DNA from: Eledone cirrhosa
Lineage: Eukaryota
DNA length: 64,000 bases
Assembly (NCBI GenBank): GCA_964016885.1
Contig: OZ024743.1
Coordinates: 335,544,001 to 335,608,000 of the forward strand
Reading direction: 5' to 3'
A model generated the notes under the pieces. That model had not been told where the DNA came from. It ran no database searches and saw only the letters and a list, made by a program, of their open reading frames with translations. Of this stretch, positions 13,820 through 24,700 are shown one piece after another (the stretch's first letter is position 1; each line of letters opens with the position of its first letter). Both the position numbers and the translations under genes were made by a program.

Positions 13820-15682
13820 ATGGCGGAGCCACGCCCCCTAGAGGCGGGTCTGCTGTCGTGCAACGGCGACTTGAGCGTTGAGAGGAGAGGTGAGGCGAGG
13901 AGCGCCACCAGCACGAATGTGAGCAGCGACAGTGCCAGCACCAACGGGCCGAGCGGCGCGGAAGGTGGTAACAGCGACAACACCAACACCAACAAGCCGA
14001 ACAGCGCAGAAGGTGGTAATAGCGAGAGCACCAACAAGGCCAACAGCACAGAAGGTAACCACGACACAGGGGAGAACAACAACAGCAATAGCAGCAGCAA
14101 CACCAACAAGAACAACAACAGTGACAACACCAACAAGAACACTTTCGCTGCTGTGGCAGCGGCTAAAAGGAGACCATGCTACAGCATCGACTTAACCAAC
14201 AGAGAGGAAAAGTTGGCCCAGGCCTGGAAAATCATAAATCAAGAGCAGACCTGGGCAAACTTAACTGTCCCGGCAGAAGCCATTGAGGCAGTGGAAAAAA
14301 GAACGGTGCATTTCAGATGCATCTCAGTAGAGACAAAGAGGGCAGCGATAATCGCCCAAGCTGACATAGAAGCCGCACTGAAATACATCAGAGAGGACAC
14401 AGACTTCATAGAGAGGGGCAGGCAATACGGCACCGTTTCGGTGCTGTTCAAGTCTGAAGCCCTCGCTGTGAAGCATTCAATGACCCCTTGCAAAACCAGC
14501 AAGGTCATAATGTACCCCTCCCACATGGGAAAACGAATAGCACGTGTGCGCATTCCCAGGATTCCACCAGGACTTGATATGTGGTGGCTCCTGGGTTGCG
14601 TAATCGTGGAAGGAACGGATACAGTCCCGGTAGAGGCAACGAGAACTGCCAGGGACGACTGGTCCGGGGTTGATCTGGAGATACTGCTCCAAATCAGACC
14701 CGAAAACGTAAAAACAATCCCGGACCACATCCGCCTCCAAAACGGGAGGGTGTTGCATATAATGACTGAGGGCAAAAGGCCGCATTGTTTCCTTTGTGGG
14801 GAAACGACACACTTGCGAGCCTTCTGCCCTCAACTGCCGAAAAGCGCAAGGGGTCGAAAGATTCCACTGCTGGCGACGCCGGGACAAGGACCACCAGCAA
14901 CACCGTCAACAATGGAACCACCAAAATTGCACACCCAGGGGGGAAACGAGGAAAGCTCTCCCATTCCCCCTCCCCCCCAAAATACACACACGAACAAGAA
15001 CATAAACACTCACTCAGACACAAACACGCTCACAGCCACAGACCCCTCATCCTCCAGCAGTGAAGATGAGGGAAAACCAAAGTCCCCCAAAATACAAAAA
15101 ACAAAACACAAAAAAAAAAGAAATCCACAAAGCACAAACACCCCCACAAAAAAAAATACACACACCACCCACACAAACATTTTCCCCACAGCATCACCAA
15201 CACAACCACCAAAATCCCCCAAACGCAAACAAGCTAAACAGACACAAGAACAAATAGACACACAAACATCAGAAACTACAGACACCCCACCCACAACAAA
15301 CGCAGACACAATAGAAACAACACTAACAAAGCTATCACCACCACAATCACACGAACAAATAAAACCCGAGCAACAAAACATTAAAAACTTCGTGCTTGCC
15401 AGAAGGGCCAACAAGGAATTGATGGCCCATGTAGCACGAAGCACAAACATCGAAAAAGACGGGGAAACATTTGAAGCGAGCACATTTCGCGTACCAGATA
15501 ATTTGCTTCTGATGCGAATGTCGCTCGCTTCATACAAAGAAATTCGAAAGAGCTTTCCTCAGGATGTGGGAACCCCGAACGTAAAACCCACGTCAAGACT
15601 ATTAAAGGGGTTCCCAAAAGAAACCCCACAAACCATGGAGGTCGAACCACCCGACCTTCACAAGACCCCGGAAGGTAAGTAA
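13820..15682 (+). CDS. LINE ORF1p, 620 aa, CCHC zinc knuckle
   Basis: CFLCGETTHLRAFC knuckle, low-complexity N/S and P/T tracts, lies upstream of ORF2. Confidence 0.88.
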   Translation: MAEPRPLEAGLLSCNGDLSVERRGEARSATSTNVSSDSASTNGPSGAEGGNSDNTNTNKPNSAEGGNSESTNKANSTEGNHDTGENNNSNSSSNTNKNNNSDNTNKNTFAAVAAAKRRPCYSIDLTNREEKLAQAWKIINQEQTWANLTVPAEAIEAVEKRTVHFRCISVETKRAAIIAQADIEAALKYIREDTDFIERGRQYGTVSVLFKSEALAVKHSMTPCKTSKVIMYPSHMGKRIARVRIPRIPPGLDMWWLLGCVIVEGTDTVPVEATRTARDDWSGVDLEILLQIRPENVKTIPDHIRLQNGRVLHIMTEGKRPHCFLCGETTHLRAFCPQLPKSARGRKIPLLATPGQGPPATPSTMEPPKLHTQGGNEESSPIPPPPQNTHTNKNINTHSDTNTLTATDPSSSSSEDEGKPKSPKIQKTKHKKKRNPQSTNTPTKKNTHTTHTNIFPTASPTQPPKSPKRKQAKQTQEQIDTQTSETTDTPPTTNADTIETTLTKLSPPQSHEQIKPEQQNIKNFVLARRANKELMAHVARSTNIEKDGETFEASTFRVPDNLLLMRMSLASYKEIRKSFPQDVGTPNVKPTSRLLKGFPKETPQTMEVEPPDLHKTPEGK

Positions 15683-15711
15683 ACCTTTCCTCTCCCATTC
15701 ATCCTGCCAGC

Positions 15712-18700
15712 ATGGCCATAAGAGTAGGAAGTTTAAATGTTCGTGGCCTGGGGTCGCCCTGGAAGCAAGGTCACTTGCTCAACGACCTCAGGTCACTAGG
15801 AATGGATGTAATTGCCATCAGCGAGACCAGAATTTCCGACACACGCGCACTGGCGCCGATTTTCGACGATTATCAGATCTTTGCATCTGTTAGTCGGCCG
15901 GGAATGGGAGGTGGAGTGGCTGTGCTGTTTAGGAAATGTCTGGATCTCGAGGTAAGGTCAATCTTCCGGGATCCTGACGGAAAGTTGGTGGTCCTGGACG
16001 TGAGCAATAGCGAAGGTGGTGCCTTTAGACTGGTGGCCGTCTACGCCCCTACTGGGGCCGGTCGGCCGGACTTCTTTAGGCGCCTGGAAAACTTTCTGCT
16101 TACGTCTCGCCCTTTACTGTTAATAGGGGATTGGAATGGCATCTTAGAAGCACGCTGGGATTGTGTGGGAGTATCTGATAGGAGCGGGGGGTGCAAAAGC
16201 CTCAAGTACCTGATCAGCCAGTTTCAACTGTCTGACAGGTACCGACTAGATTTCCCTAATGCGCCAGTATGGACCTGGACCAATCGCATAGGGTCATCTA
16301 GATCGTACATAGATAGGATTTTCATTAGGAAAAGAGATAGAAATAGTGTAGGATGTCCACATTTTAAAACGGTTGCCTATTCAGATCACAAGCTTGTGAT
16401 CTGTATGGTCGACCTAGATAAGACACGTAGGTTAGGACCTAGCTACTGGAAGCTAAACATGTCGTTTCCGGCACGTAAAGCTTACAGGGACCGGGTCAAC
16501 AACTTAGTTAAGCAAAAGTTGACAGGGGGGGTTGTCAACAACAGGTGGTGGGGGGCACTCAAAAGAGAGATTAGAGCAACCTCGATAGGATTTAGCAAAG
16601 AAGTAGCAATAGAGAAAAATAGAAAGGAGGAGGGGCTGATAGCTAAGTTAGACGAGGCTATTTGTAGTGGCATTGCAACAGACGTGCTAGCGGCGAGAAT
16701 GGCACTAGACCATTTCTTCAATGCGAAACACGAAGGTTGCATTGTCAGAGCTAAGGCGCGTGCTCTGAGGAACGAGGGAACCAAAGCTGCCCGATGGGCT
16801 CGCTTTGCAGAGACGCAGCGTGGAAATAAAACCACAATTCGGTCTTTGACGGATCGAGATGGACACGAACTGAGCGATTCCAAGCGGATGTGTGAGGCCT
16901 TTCGCCAGCACTTTGCTCGATTGTTCGGGAGGATGGGTGAGTCGGAGATGGCGGCGGACTTCAGTCCCTACCTCGACGGCTTGCCACGCCTCTCGACGGC
17001 CGACGCTGAGCGCTGCGAAGAGCCGATAACATCAGCCGAAATTCAGGACGCCCTTGTCGGCTGCTCGAGTCGCAAGTCACCCGGTTTGGATGGTCTGCCC
17101 TACGAGCTTTACGTAAATATGCCAGACTTGTTCTCCGATCTCCTCGAAGCGCTCTACTGCAACTGGCAGCAGAACGGGAGCATTCCCAGTTCTGTGAGCC
17201 GTGGCGTAGTGACGCTGATAAGGAAAGACGAGAACAAGAGGGACACACTAGATAATTTCAGGCCCATAACCCTGCTCAACACAGAGTTTAAGATTTTGGC
17301 CAAGGTGTTAGCGAAAAGGTTGGCGCTTGTCGTCAAAGATTTGGTTGGGGAGGCGCAAACTTGCGCAATCCCGACCAGGTCCATACACGACAACCTCCAC
17401 CTCATGCGATACATCATAGAGAGGGTTGGGTGCAAACCTGGCTTCGGTGGGGCTCTGATCAATTTAGATCAATCGAAAGCATTCGATAGGGTCGACCATC
17501 GGTACTTGGAGGCTGTCCTCGAGGCGGCTGGCTTCGGCCCCGTCTTCAGAAGCTGGATCGCTGCAATGTACAGCGGCATCCGCTCGGTGGTCAAAGTTAA
17601 TGGCCACCTCTCGGAACCGTTTCAGATCTCTCGATCGGTCCGTCAAGGGTGCCCTCTCTCCTCACTTCTGTACGTATTGACTCTTGAGCCTCTACTGCGG
17701 AAGCTGGAGTTGTTGCAGGGCATCCCGCTCGAACCGGGACGTAGAAAGGCTGCGTCCGCTTATGCGGACGACATCACCGTGATGGTGTCGGACACCTCGG
17801 AAATCGAGGTGATCCGCACCCATTTGGAGGAATATGAAAGGTTGACGGGAGCAAAACTTAACCCGGAAAAGTCGGTGGGCTTGCAGCTCGGCACCTGGAG
17901 AGGCAAGTCCATGCCGTCCAACAGCGTCGTTGGGCGCTGGACAGACGGACCGGTAAAGTTGCTCGGGGTTTGGTTCGGACCAGACCTCCAGGTGGATAAG
18001 AATTGGGACGAGGTGACGAGCAGGATAGCCAACCTCACCCAGAAATGGGCTGAGAGAAAGCTATCACTGAAAGGGCGGGCGGAGGTGGCGAACGCGTACA
18101 TCGCGTCCGTCATCTACTACCGCCTGACCGTCGTGCCTTGCCCCCGTCCACGCCTCGCCAATTTGGAACGGCTCCTTTTCAAATTTTTGTGGAGGGGACG
18201 GGTCCCGTTGGTGAGGCGGTCCATCTGCTGCCAGCACCCTCTTCGTGGAGGGCTGGGCATGCCGTGGCTAATGATGCGCAGACATGCGCTGAGGCTGCGA
18301 CATCTCCAGATATTTTGCCTAAACGGTGAACAGGTGTGGTCGCCGTTTGTTAGACGGGCCTTTCCGCAGCTCATCTCTTTGACTGAGCTGCAGTCCTGGG
18401 TCAAGAAGAGACCGAGACTGGGCGACTGGCATCTGGAATGTTGCCAGGCGCTCACTGCACTCTGCAAGGTGGGCAATGCGGTCAGTGGAACTTCCACTCA
18501 AGATTTCTATAGAGGATTAGTGGAGGGCAAGTGCGATGACGTACTAGGAGAGGCTCTGGGCGTCAACGAAGTAGAACTGACCAGTATGTTCCGGAGGACT
18601 TTCGAGCCGGGGACGATGGATAACTTCCAGAAATCCCTCGCTTGGCAGTGCTACCGGGGGGCGCTGCCGGTTCGGGATAAACTCTACAGGCACGGAAGTG

Positions 18701-19131
18701 CTGTCAGACGAACCTGCCCGAGATGCGCGCAGAGCGACGAAACCGTTCTGCACGCACTCGTCCAGTGTCCGTGCATTGCTGACTTGTGGGGTTATGTCGA
18801 ACAGCTATTGTCGCGTGTAGAACGGATCCGGCTATCGTCCGAGTCCATAGTGAAGATTGACCCGCCGCCTTCTTTTGGTCAGGAAGGGCAGGCAATTTTC
18901 CTCTGCCTGGTGGCAGTAGCGAAAGAGGTTGCATGGTGGACCAGGTTGAAAGGACTGAAGACAGACACTTTTCTCTTCGGCCAATCCCTCATCAACTTCT
19001 TCAAGTTTCACTTGGAAAGGAAGGTGAGGGTGGAGAGAGAAGTGCTGCCCCCCAGTACATTTACTGAAAGGTGGGTGAATGTGGCGAGAATGGCCCGCGT
19101 GAGTGGGCCTACTCTGATCATGCGCCTGTAG
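15712..19131 (+). CDS. LINE ORF2p, 1139 aa, APE endonuclease + RT + C-terminal CCHC
   Basis: SLNVRGL, ISET, GDWN, SYIDR, SDH; QGCPLS, YADD; CPRC..H..C. Confidence 0.95.
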   Translation: MAIRVGSLNVRGLGSPWKQGHLLNDLRSLGMDVIAISETRISDTRALAPIFDDYQIFASVSRPGMGGGVAVLFRKCLDLEVRSIFRDPDGKLVVLDVSNSEGGAFRLVAVYAPTGAGRPDFFRRLENFLLTSRPLLLIGDWNGILEARWDCVGVSDRSGGCKSLKYLISQFQLSDRYRLDFPNAPVWTWTNRIGSSRSYIDRIFIRKRDRNSVGCPHFKTVAYSDHKLVICMVDLDKTRRLGPSYWKLNMSFPARKAYRDRVNNLVKQKLTGGVVNNRWWGALKREIRATSIGFSKEVAIEKNRKEEGLIAKLDEAICSGIATDVLAARMALDHFFNAKHEGCIVRAKARALRNEGTKAARWARFAETQRGNKTTIRSLTDRDGHELSDSKRMCEAFRQHFARLFGRMGESEMAADFSPYLDGLPRLSTADAERCEEPITSAEIQDALVGCSSRKSPGLDGLPYELYVNMPDLFSDLLEALYCNWQQNGSIPSSVSRGVVTLIRKDENKRDTLDNFRPITLLNTEFKILAKVLAKRLALVVKDLVGEAQTCAIPTRSIHDNLHLMRYIIERVGCKPGFGGALINLDQSKAFDRVDHRYLEAVLEAAGFGPVFRSWIAAMYSGIRSVVKVNGHLSEPFQISRSVRQGCPLSSLLYVLTLEPLLRKLELLQGIPLEPGRRKAASAYADDITVMVSDTSEIEVIRTHLEEYERLTGAKLNPEKSVGLQLGTWRGKSMPSNSVVGRWTDGPVKLLGVWFGPDLQVDKNWDEVTSRIANLTQKWAERKLSLKGRAEVANAYIASVIYYRLTVVPCPRPRLANLERLLFKFLWRGRVPLVRRSICCQHPLRGGLGMPWLMMRRHALRLRHLQIFCLNGEQVWSPFVRRAFPQLISLTELQSWVKKRPRLGDWHLECCQALTALCKVGNAVSGTSTQDFYRGLVEGKCDDVLGEALGVNEVELTSMFRRTFEPGTMDNFQKSLAWQCYRGALPVRDKLYRHGSAVRRTCPRCAQSDETVLHALVQCPCIADLWGYVEQLLSRVERIRLSSESIVKIDPPPSFGQEGQAIFLCLVAVAKEVAWWTRLKGLKTDTFLFGQSLINFFKFHLERKVRVEREVLPPSTFTERWVNVARMARVSGPTLIMRL

Positions 19132-19615
19132 GCTGGTGAATTCGAGAAGGAGAGGGGTGCCCTTCCCGGGTGCCCTAGGAGCGTCGGGTGGCTCAGGACT
19201 GGTGGGGTGCTTGAGTCAACCCTGGGTGGTGATCCCTCTTATTGGGGAACTTTCATTGTTGTATTTTTATTGTTATTTTGTTTTTTTGTTATTTATACTT
19301 ACTCGATCTCTATGTAAACCCCCACTGTCCCTGTCTATTGTGTTGTCCCCTATATGTCGGCCCTTGTGGCCAATAAATGAAATCATTATTATTATTATTA
19401 TTGAATGCCATGGTTGACGGAGGCTCGGCTCTGTAAGGTATAGTAATTTTTAACCGTTAAAACAATTGTAAATTGTTTAAAACTTGAACCAAATTGTTGA
19501 TAAAGACACCCTCCTCCTCGTGAGAGGGGTCTTTCTGTCCGTTATTTGGCCCTTCGGGGTTAAATAACCAGTTATTGGGGTTTTGTACCCAAAATTTCAT
19601 TTTAAACAAAAAAAC

Positions 19616-21709
19616 ATGGCTACCAAAAAGAAATTTCATACGTCACTCCCACTCATTCCGTCTTCTTCTTCCTCAATCATCACTACAGCAGAGAGAAGAT
19701 TGTCTCTCTCCCTCCCTTCTTTAAATGTGTCTCTCTCCCTCCCTTCTCTTTCGCAAGTGACGAAAGAAAAGAAAAGTCTCGTGCAAAGCGTGCAAGGTTT
19801 CTCCACGACGACGACGACAGCGACGAAACAGGTGTGCGGGAAATACGAAAACCCAGTTCATTCGTCTGACGTCAGGAATAATAGCAGTAGCAGCCGTAAT
19901 AACAACAGCAACAGTGACAATGAAAACAACAGTAGCAGCCGCAACAGCATCACCAGCAGCATAAACAACAACAGCATTAGCAGCAGCAACACCAACAACA
20001 ACCACAGCAACAGCGGCGGAGGCAGTAGTCGTAGTACCTGCAGCAACAACAAAAGTACCAGCAGCTCTGACGAAAACAACAGCAGAGAAAAACCAATCTC
20101 ATTTGCAGGTATTGCGAAAAACTTGGAAACAATCCTCATAACAAATGAGGAATTAGAGGAAGCGAAGAAGATGGTGACAAAGAACGGACACCGAGCAATC
20201 TGCAAGGCAGCGAAAAATTTTTTCGAAACCCAAGAGCACTGTACGGTCACGTACCGTACAGTAAGTACAAAATCCCGTAGGGTGGAAAGAGCCACAGAGG
20301 CCCAAATACAAAAAGCCTTGGGGTCTGTGTGGCAGCGGAAAACGCACATCACCCGAGGCAAAAAATATGCCACCGTAGACGTACTTTTTGCCACACCCCA
20401 GGAGGCAAAGGCCCAATCAGTAGTGACCCTAAGGAGCGAGGAAATGGTGTTGGTGCCCTCCTACTGTGGGCAAAAAATTGTGAGGGTCAAACTGACCCAC
20501 GTCCCCCCCGGAATGACCCCTTCTTGGCTGGCCGCGTCTGTCCTCGTCGGAATCGAGGACAAAACAACTGTACTGCAAGTACAGAAAAAAGTAAGAGAAG
20601 ATTGGTTCGGCTCCTCCATTGAGATGCTAATCCAAACCAACCAGGAGTGCATCGAAGCTATCCCGGATGTGATAGACTTCGATAACGGCACTCAACTGCC
20701 CATAAGTGTTGAGGGCAAACGCCCGAAATGCTTTCGCTGTGGATCGAAGACTCACCTCAGGGCCTTCTGCAACGAGAAGACCCTGAGAAAGGAGAAAACC
20801 CCCCTCCTTCCGAATCCGGCTCCACGGCTACCAGCAACAGGACAAGCGGCAACCAGGAACGATAGGCCCGTGGCACCCATACCCACTCCACGGAAATCAA
20901 AAACAGCAGCAGCAGTGGAAATACTAACAACAACAACAGCAATACCAAATGCAGCTGCAACAGAGACTCCAGTGCAAACATCACCAACAACAACAAGTGA
21001 AAGAGTGGAGTTGGTACCCCTCCCCGACCTCACAGAATCAGACATGGAGTGTGAGGTGGGAGAGAGATGGCAAAAGGTCGTAAGAAGGCACAAACGCAGA
21101 AGCAGCGCATCGTCGCCTTTGAAAAGGGAGGAAAGAAATGAGAAAAGGGTAAAGTCTACTGCAAAGAGACCCACAGCAGCAACAACACCAACACCATCAC
21201 CACCCACACTAGCGCCACCATCACCACCGGCGACAACCCCACCGCCAACAACACCTTCAACACCACCACCACAAGCACCAACATCGCAAACACAACAACA
21301 AAACACACACACCCAGCCACAACGACAAGAAAATAGCAGAACCACACCCCACCCCCAGAAAAACAAATGCACGGCAATAAATACACACAACAAGAAACTA
21401 ATGACTTACATAATTGAACACACAGACATTTCACAACAGGACTACATAATACCAGCACCAATCAAAACGCCAACTAACATAAGACTGCTAAAAATAGCAC
21501 AGAAACAATACACAAATATTAAAACGAAATTCCCCAACGCAGTTGGTGATTTCAGGGACCTAGGAGGAACCATCAATCGAAGAGTATACTCAGACATTCT
21601 CTTAGAAGAGCCGACGACCAGCCGAAGGGACGATTCAACGGTCCCTTCACCAGACGATCAAGTGAAAAGGGATGTAAAAACCATCCCTCCTCTACCAAAA
21701 GTACGGTAA
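19616..21709 (+). CDS. LINE ORF1p with CCHC zinc knuckle (likely start at ATG 19616)
   Basis: CFRCGSKTHLRAFC; homologous to ORF1 of A and B. Confidence 0.88.
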   Translation: MATKKKFHTSLPLIPSSSSSIITTAERRLSLSLPSLNVSLSLPSLSQVTKEKKSLVQSVQGFSTTTTTATKQVCGKYENPVHSSDVRNNSSSSRNNNSNSDNENNSSSRNSITSSINNNSISSSNTNNNHSNSGGGSSRSTCSNNKSTSSSDENNSREKPISFAGIAKNLETILITNEELEEAKKMVTKNGHRAICKAAKNFFETQEHCTVTYRTVSTKSRRVERATEAQIQKALGSVWQRKTHITRGKKYATVDVLFATPQEAKAQSVVTLRSEEMVLVPSYCGQKIVRVKLTHVPPGMTPSWLAASVLVGIEDKTTVLQVQKKVREDWFGSSIEMLIQTNQECIEAIPDVIDFDNGTQLPISVEGKRPKCFRCGSKTHLRAFCNEKTLRKEKTPLLPNPAPRLPATGQAATRNDRPVAPIPTPRKSKTAAAVEILTTTTAIPNAAATETPVQTSPTTTSERVELVPLPDLTESDMECEVGERWQKVVRRHKRRSSASSPLKREERNEKRVKSTAKRPTAATTPTPSPPTLAPPSPPATTPPPTTPSTPPPQAPTSQTQQQNTHTQPQRQENSRTTPHPQKNKCTAINTHNKKLMTYIIEHTDISQQDYIIPAPIKTPTNIRLLKIAQKQYTNIKTKFPNAVGDFRDLGGTINRRVYSDILLEEPTTSRRDDSTVPSPDDQVKRDVKTIPPLPKVR

Positions 21710-21744
21710 GTGGTCTTTCCCATCTTTTCCACTCTATTTTAAAC

Positions 21745-24700
21745 ATGACCTCACTCAGAATAGGCAGCATAAATGCGCGTGGCTTGGGGTCGTCATGGAA
21801 GCAGGGTCACCTGCTCAACGACCTCAGGTCACTAAACATAGATGTAGTGGCCATCAGCGAGACCAGAATCTCCGAAGCACGGGCCTTCGCACCGATCTTC
21901 GGCGGCTACGATGTGTACGCATCTCCCAGCCGTCCTGGATCCGGTGGAGGAGTTGCTGTACTTTTTCGGAGAGGTTTGGATCTCGCCATACGGGCCATCT
22001 TCCTGGACCCAGAGGGTAAGCTGGTGGTGCTGGACGTGACCAGCGGAGAAGGGCAAGCTTTCAGGCTAGTGGCCGTCTATGCCCCGACAGGAGCAGGGCG
22101 GCCTGATTTCTTCCGGCGTCTGGAGACCTTTCTTGGAACGTCGCGCTCTTTAGTGTTAGTGGGCGACTGGAACGGGATCTTAGATGCACGCTGGGACTGT
22201 GTGGGATTAGCGGATAGGGGTGGAGGGTGCAAGAGCCTCACCAACCTGCTCAGGCGTTTTGAACTGTCTGACAGGTACCGATTGGATTTCCCGAATGTGT
22301 CAATGTGGACTTGGACAAACCGCATAGGGTCATCCAGATCATATCTAGATAGAGTATTTTGTAGGGAAATAGATAGGTCTAGCATAGGCTGTCCACAATT
22401 CAAGATAGTCAGCTACACGGACCACAAATTCGTGACCTGTGTGCTTGACTTAGATAGGCTTCATAGACGAGGACCCGGCTACTGGAAGCTAAACGCGTCC
22501 TTACCAGCGCGCAAGGCCTACAGAGACCGGATTAGCGAACTAGTTAAGCGGGCGTTGACGGGGGCCATCGTCAACAACAAGTGGTGGTTTGCTCTGAAAA
22601 GAGCGATTAGAATAGAATCGATTAGGTTTAGTAAGGCTTTAGCAATAGAGAAAAATAGAGCAGAGGGAGAACTAGTTAGAAAATTAGACGAGGCGCTTAG
22701 CAAAGGCATTGCGACCGACGTGCTTGCGGCGAAATTGGCCCTTGACCAATTCTTCAATGCAAAGCACGAAGGCTGCGTTGTCAGAGCTAGGGTGCGTGCT
22801 CTCAGACACGAGGGGACGAAAGCCGTTCAATGGGCCCGAGTGGCGGAGGCGCGTCGTGGCAACAAAGCCACGATCCGGTCTTTGGTGGACCACGACGGGC
22901 GCATGCTACTCGATCCCGGGCAAATGTGTGAAGCTTTTCAGCGACACTTCGCTCAGCTGTTCGGGGGCAGCGGGGGGCCGGGTAGAGGGATGGACTTTAG
23001 TGTCTACCTCGACGGACTGCCGCGGCTCTCGGCCACTGAGGCGAGGTGTTGCGAAAAGCCGATAACAGCCGCTGAAGTACGGGAGGCAATGACTGGCTGC
23101 ACAAGGGGTAAATCGCCTGGTTTGGATGGTCTGCCCTATGAACTTTACGTACAGATGCCAGACTTGTTCGGAGGCCTCTTGGCGGACGTCTACTGCAACT
23201 GGCAACAGAACGGGAGAATTCCCAGTTCTGTGAGCCGAGGAGCGGTGGCACTGCTGAGAAAGGATCCGAACAAGGGGGATAACATAGAAAATTTCCGGCC
23301 CATAACTCTGCTAAACACAGAGTTTAAGATTTTGGCCAAGGTGCTAGCAAAGAGGTTGGCGCTTGTCGTTGGTGGTCTGGTGGGAGAGGCGCAGACATGC
23401 GCCATTCCCGACAGATCCATCCACGACAACCTCCACCTCATGCGATACATCGTAGAGAGGGTAGCTAGGGAACCTGGCACGGGTGGGTCCTTGATCAATT
23501 TAGATCAGTCGAAAGCTTTCGATAGGGTCGACCATCGTTACCTAGCGGCAGTCCTGAGGGCGGCTGGCTTTGGGCCCGTCTTCAGAGGCTGGATCGCTGC
23601 CATGCACAGCGACATCTGCTCTGTGGTGAGAGTGAACGGTCACCTGTCGGAACCGTTCAACATCATGCGCTCGGTCCGCCAAGGATGTCCCCTCTCGTCC
23701 CTCTTGTACGTATTGACTCTCGAGCCATTACTGCACAAACTGGAGACGTTGAGGGGGGTCCCGCGCGAACTAGGATGCGGAAGATCCGTGTCAGCATATG
23801 CGGACGATGTCACCGTAGTGGTGTCGAACGCCAAACACATCGAGGCGATCGGCACTACACTAAGAGAATACGAAGCGGTGACAGGAGCAATGATCAACCA
23901 GGAAAAGTCAGTGGGCCTGCAGCTCGGCACCTGGAGAGGCAGGTCCATGCCGTCCAACAGCGTCGTCGGGCGCTGGACGGACGGACCGGTTAAATTGCTA
24001 GGGGTCTGGTTCGGTCCGGACCTCCAGACGGACAAAAACTGGGACGAGGTGACGAGCAGGGTGGCTTCTCTCACCCAGAAATGGGCGGAGAGGAAGCTAT
24101 CCCTGAAAGGTCGAGCGGAGGTGGCTAACGCGTACATCGCGTCTGTCATCTGCTACCGCCTAACCGTCGTACCTTGTCCTAAGCCTCGCCTGACTGCGCT
24201 GGAGCGTTTGCTCTTTCGCTTTTTGTGGAAGGGACGTGCTCCGATGGTCAGGCGGTCCATCTGTTGTCAACACCCGCTACGTGGAGGGCTGGGCATGCCG
24301 TGGCTGATGATGCGCAGGCACGCGCTCAGGCTACGACATCTCCACCTCTTCCTCGACGGTGATCAGGTGTGGTCGCCGTTTGCTAGACGCGTTTTTCCCC
24401 AGCTCGTTTCCTTGACGGAGCTGCAGTCCTGGGTCAAGCGAAGACCGAGAGGGAGCGCCTGGAGACTGGAATGTCTTCAGGCGCTCACAGCCCTCGACCA
24501 ATCGGGCAATGTGATCGGTGGAAACTCCACCTCGGCGTTCTATAGAGGATTAGTGGAGGGGAAGAGCGACGACGTACTTGGGGAAACTCTAGGCGTCGAC
24601 GAAAATCAACTAGCCAATCTCTTCGGAAGAACTTTCGGGCCAGGGCCTATGGACAACTTCCAGAAATCTCTGGCCTGGCAGTGCTACCGAGGAGCCTTGC

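Larger units (their letters stand above)
13611..19402 (+). mobile_element. Full-length Tx1/L1-clade LINE B (intact, distinct family)
   Basis: Both ORFs open; own 5' and 3'UTR; (TAT)n on both flanks. Confidence 0.93.
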
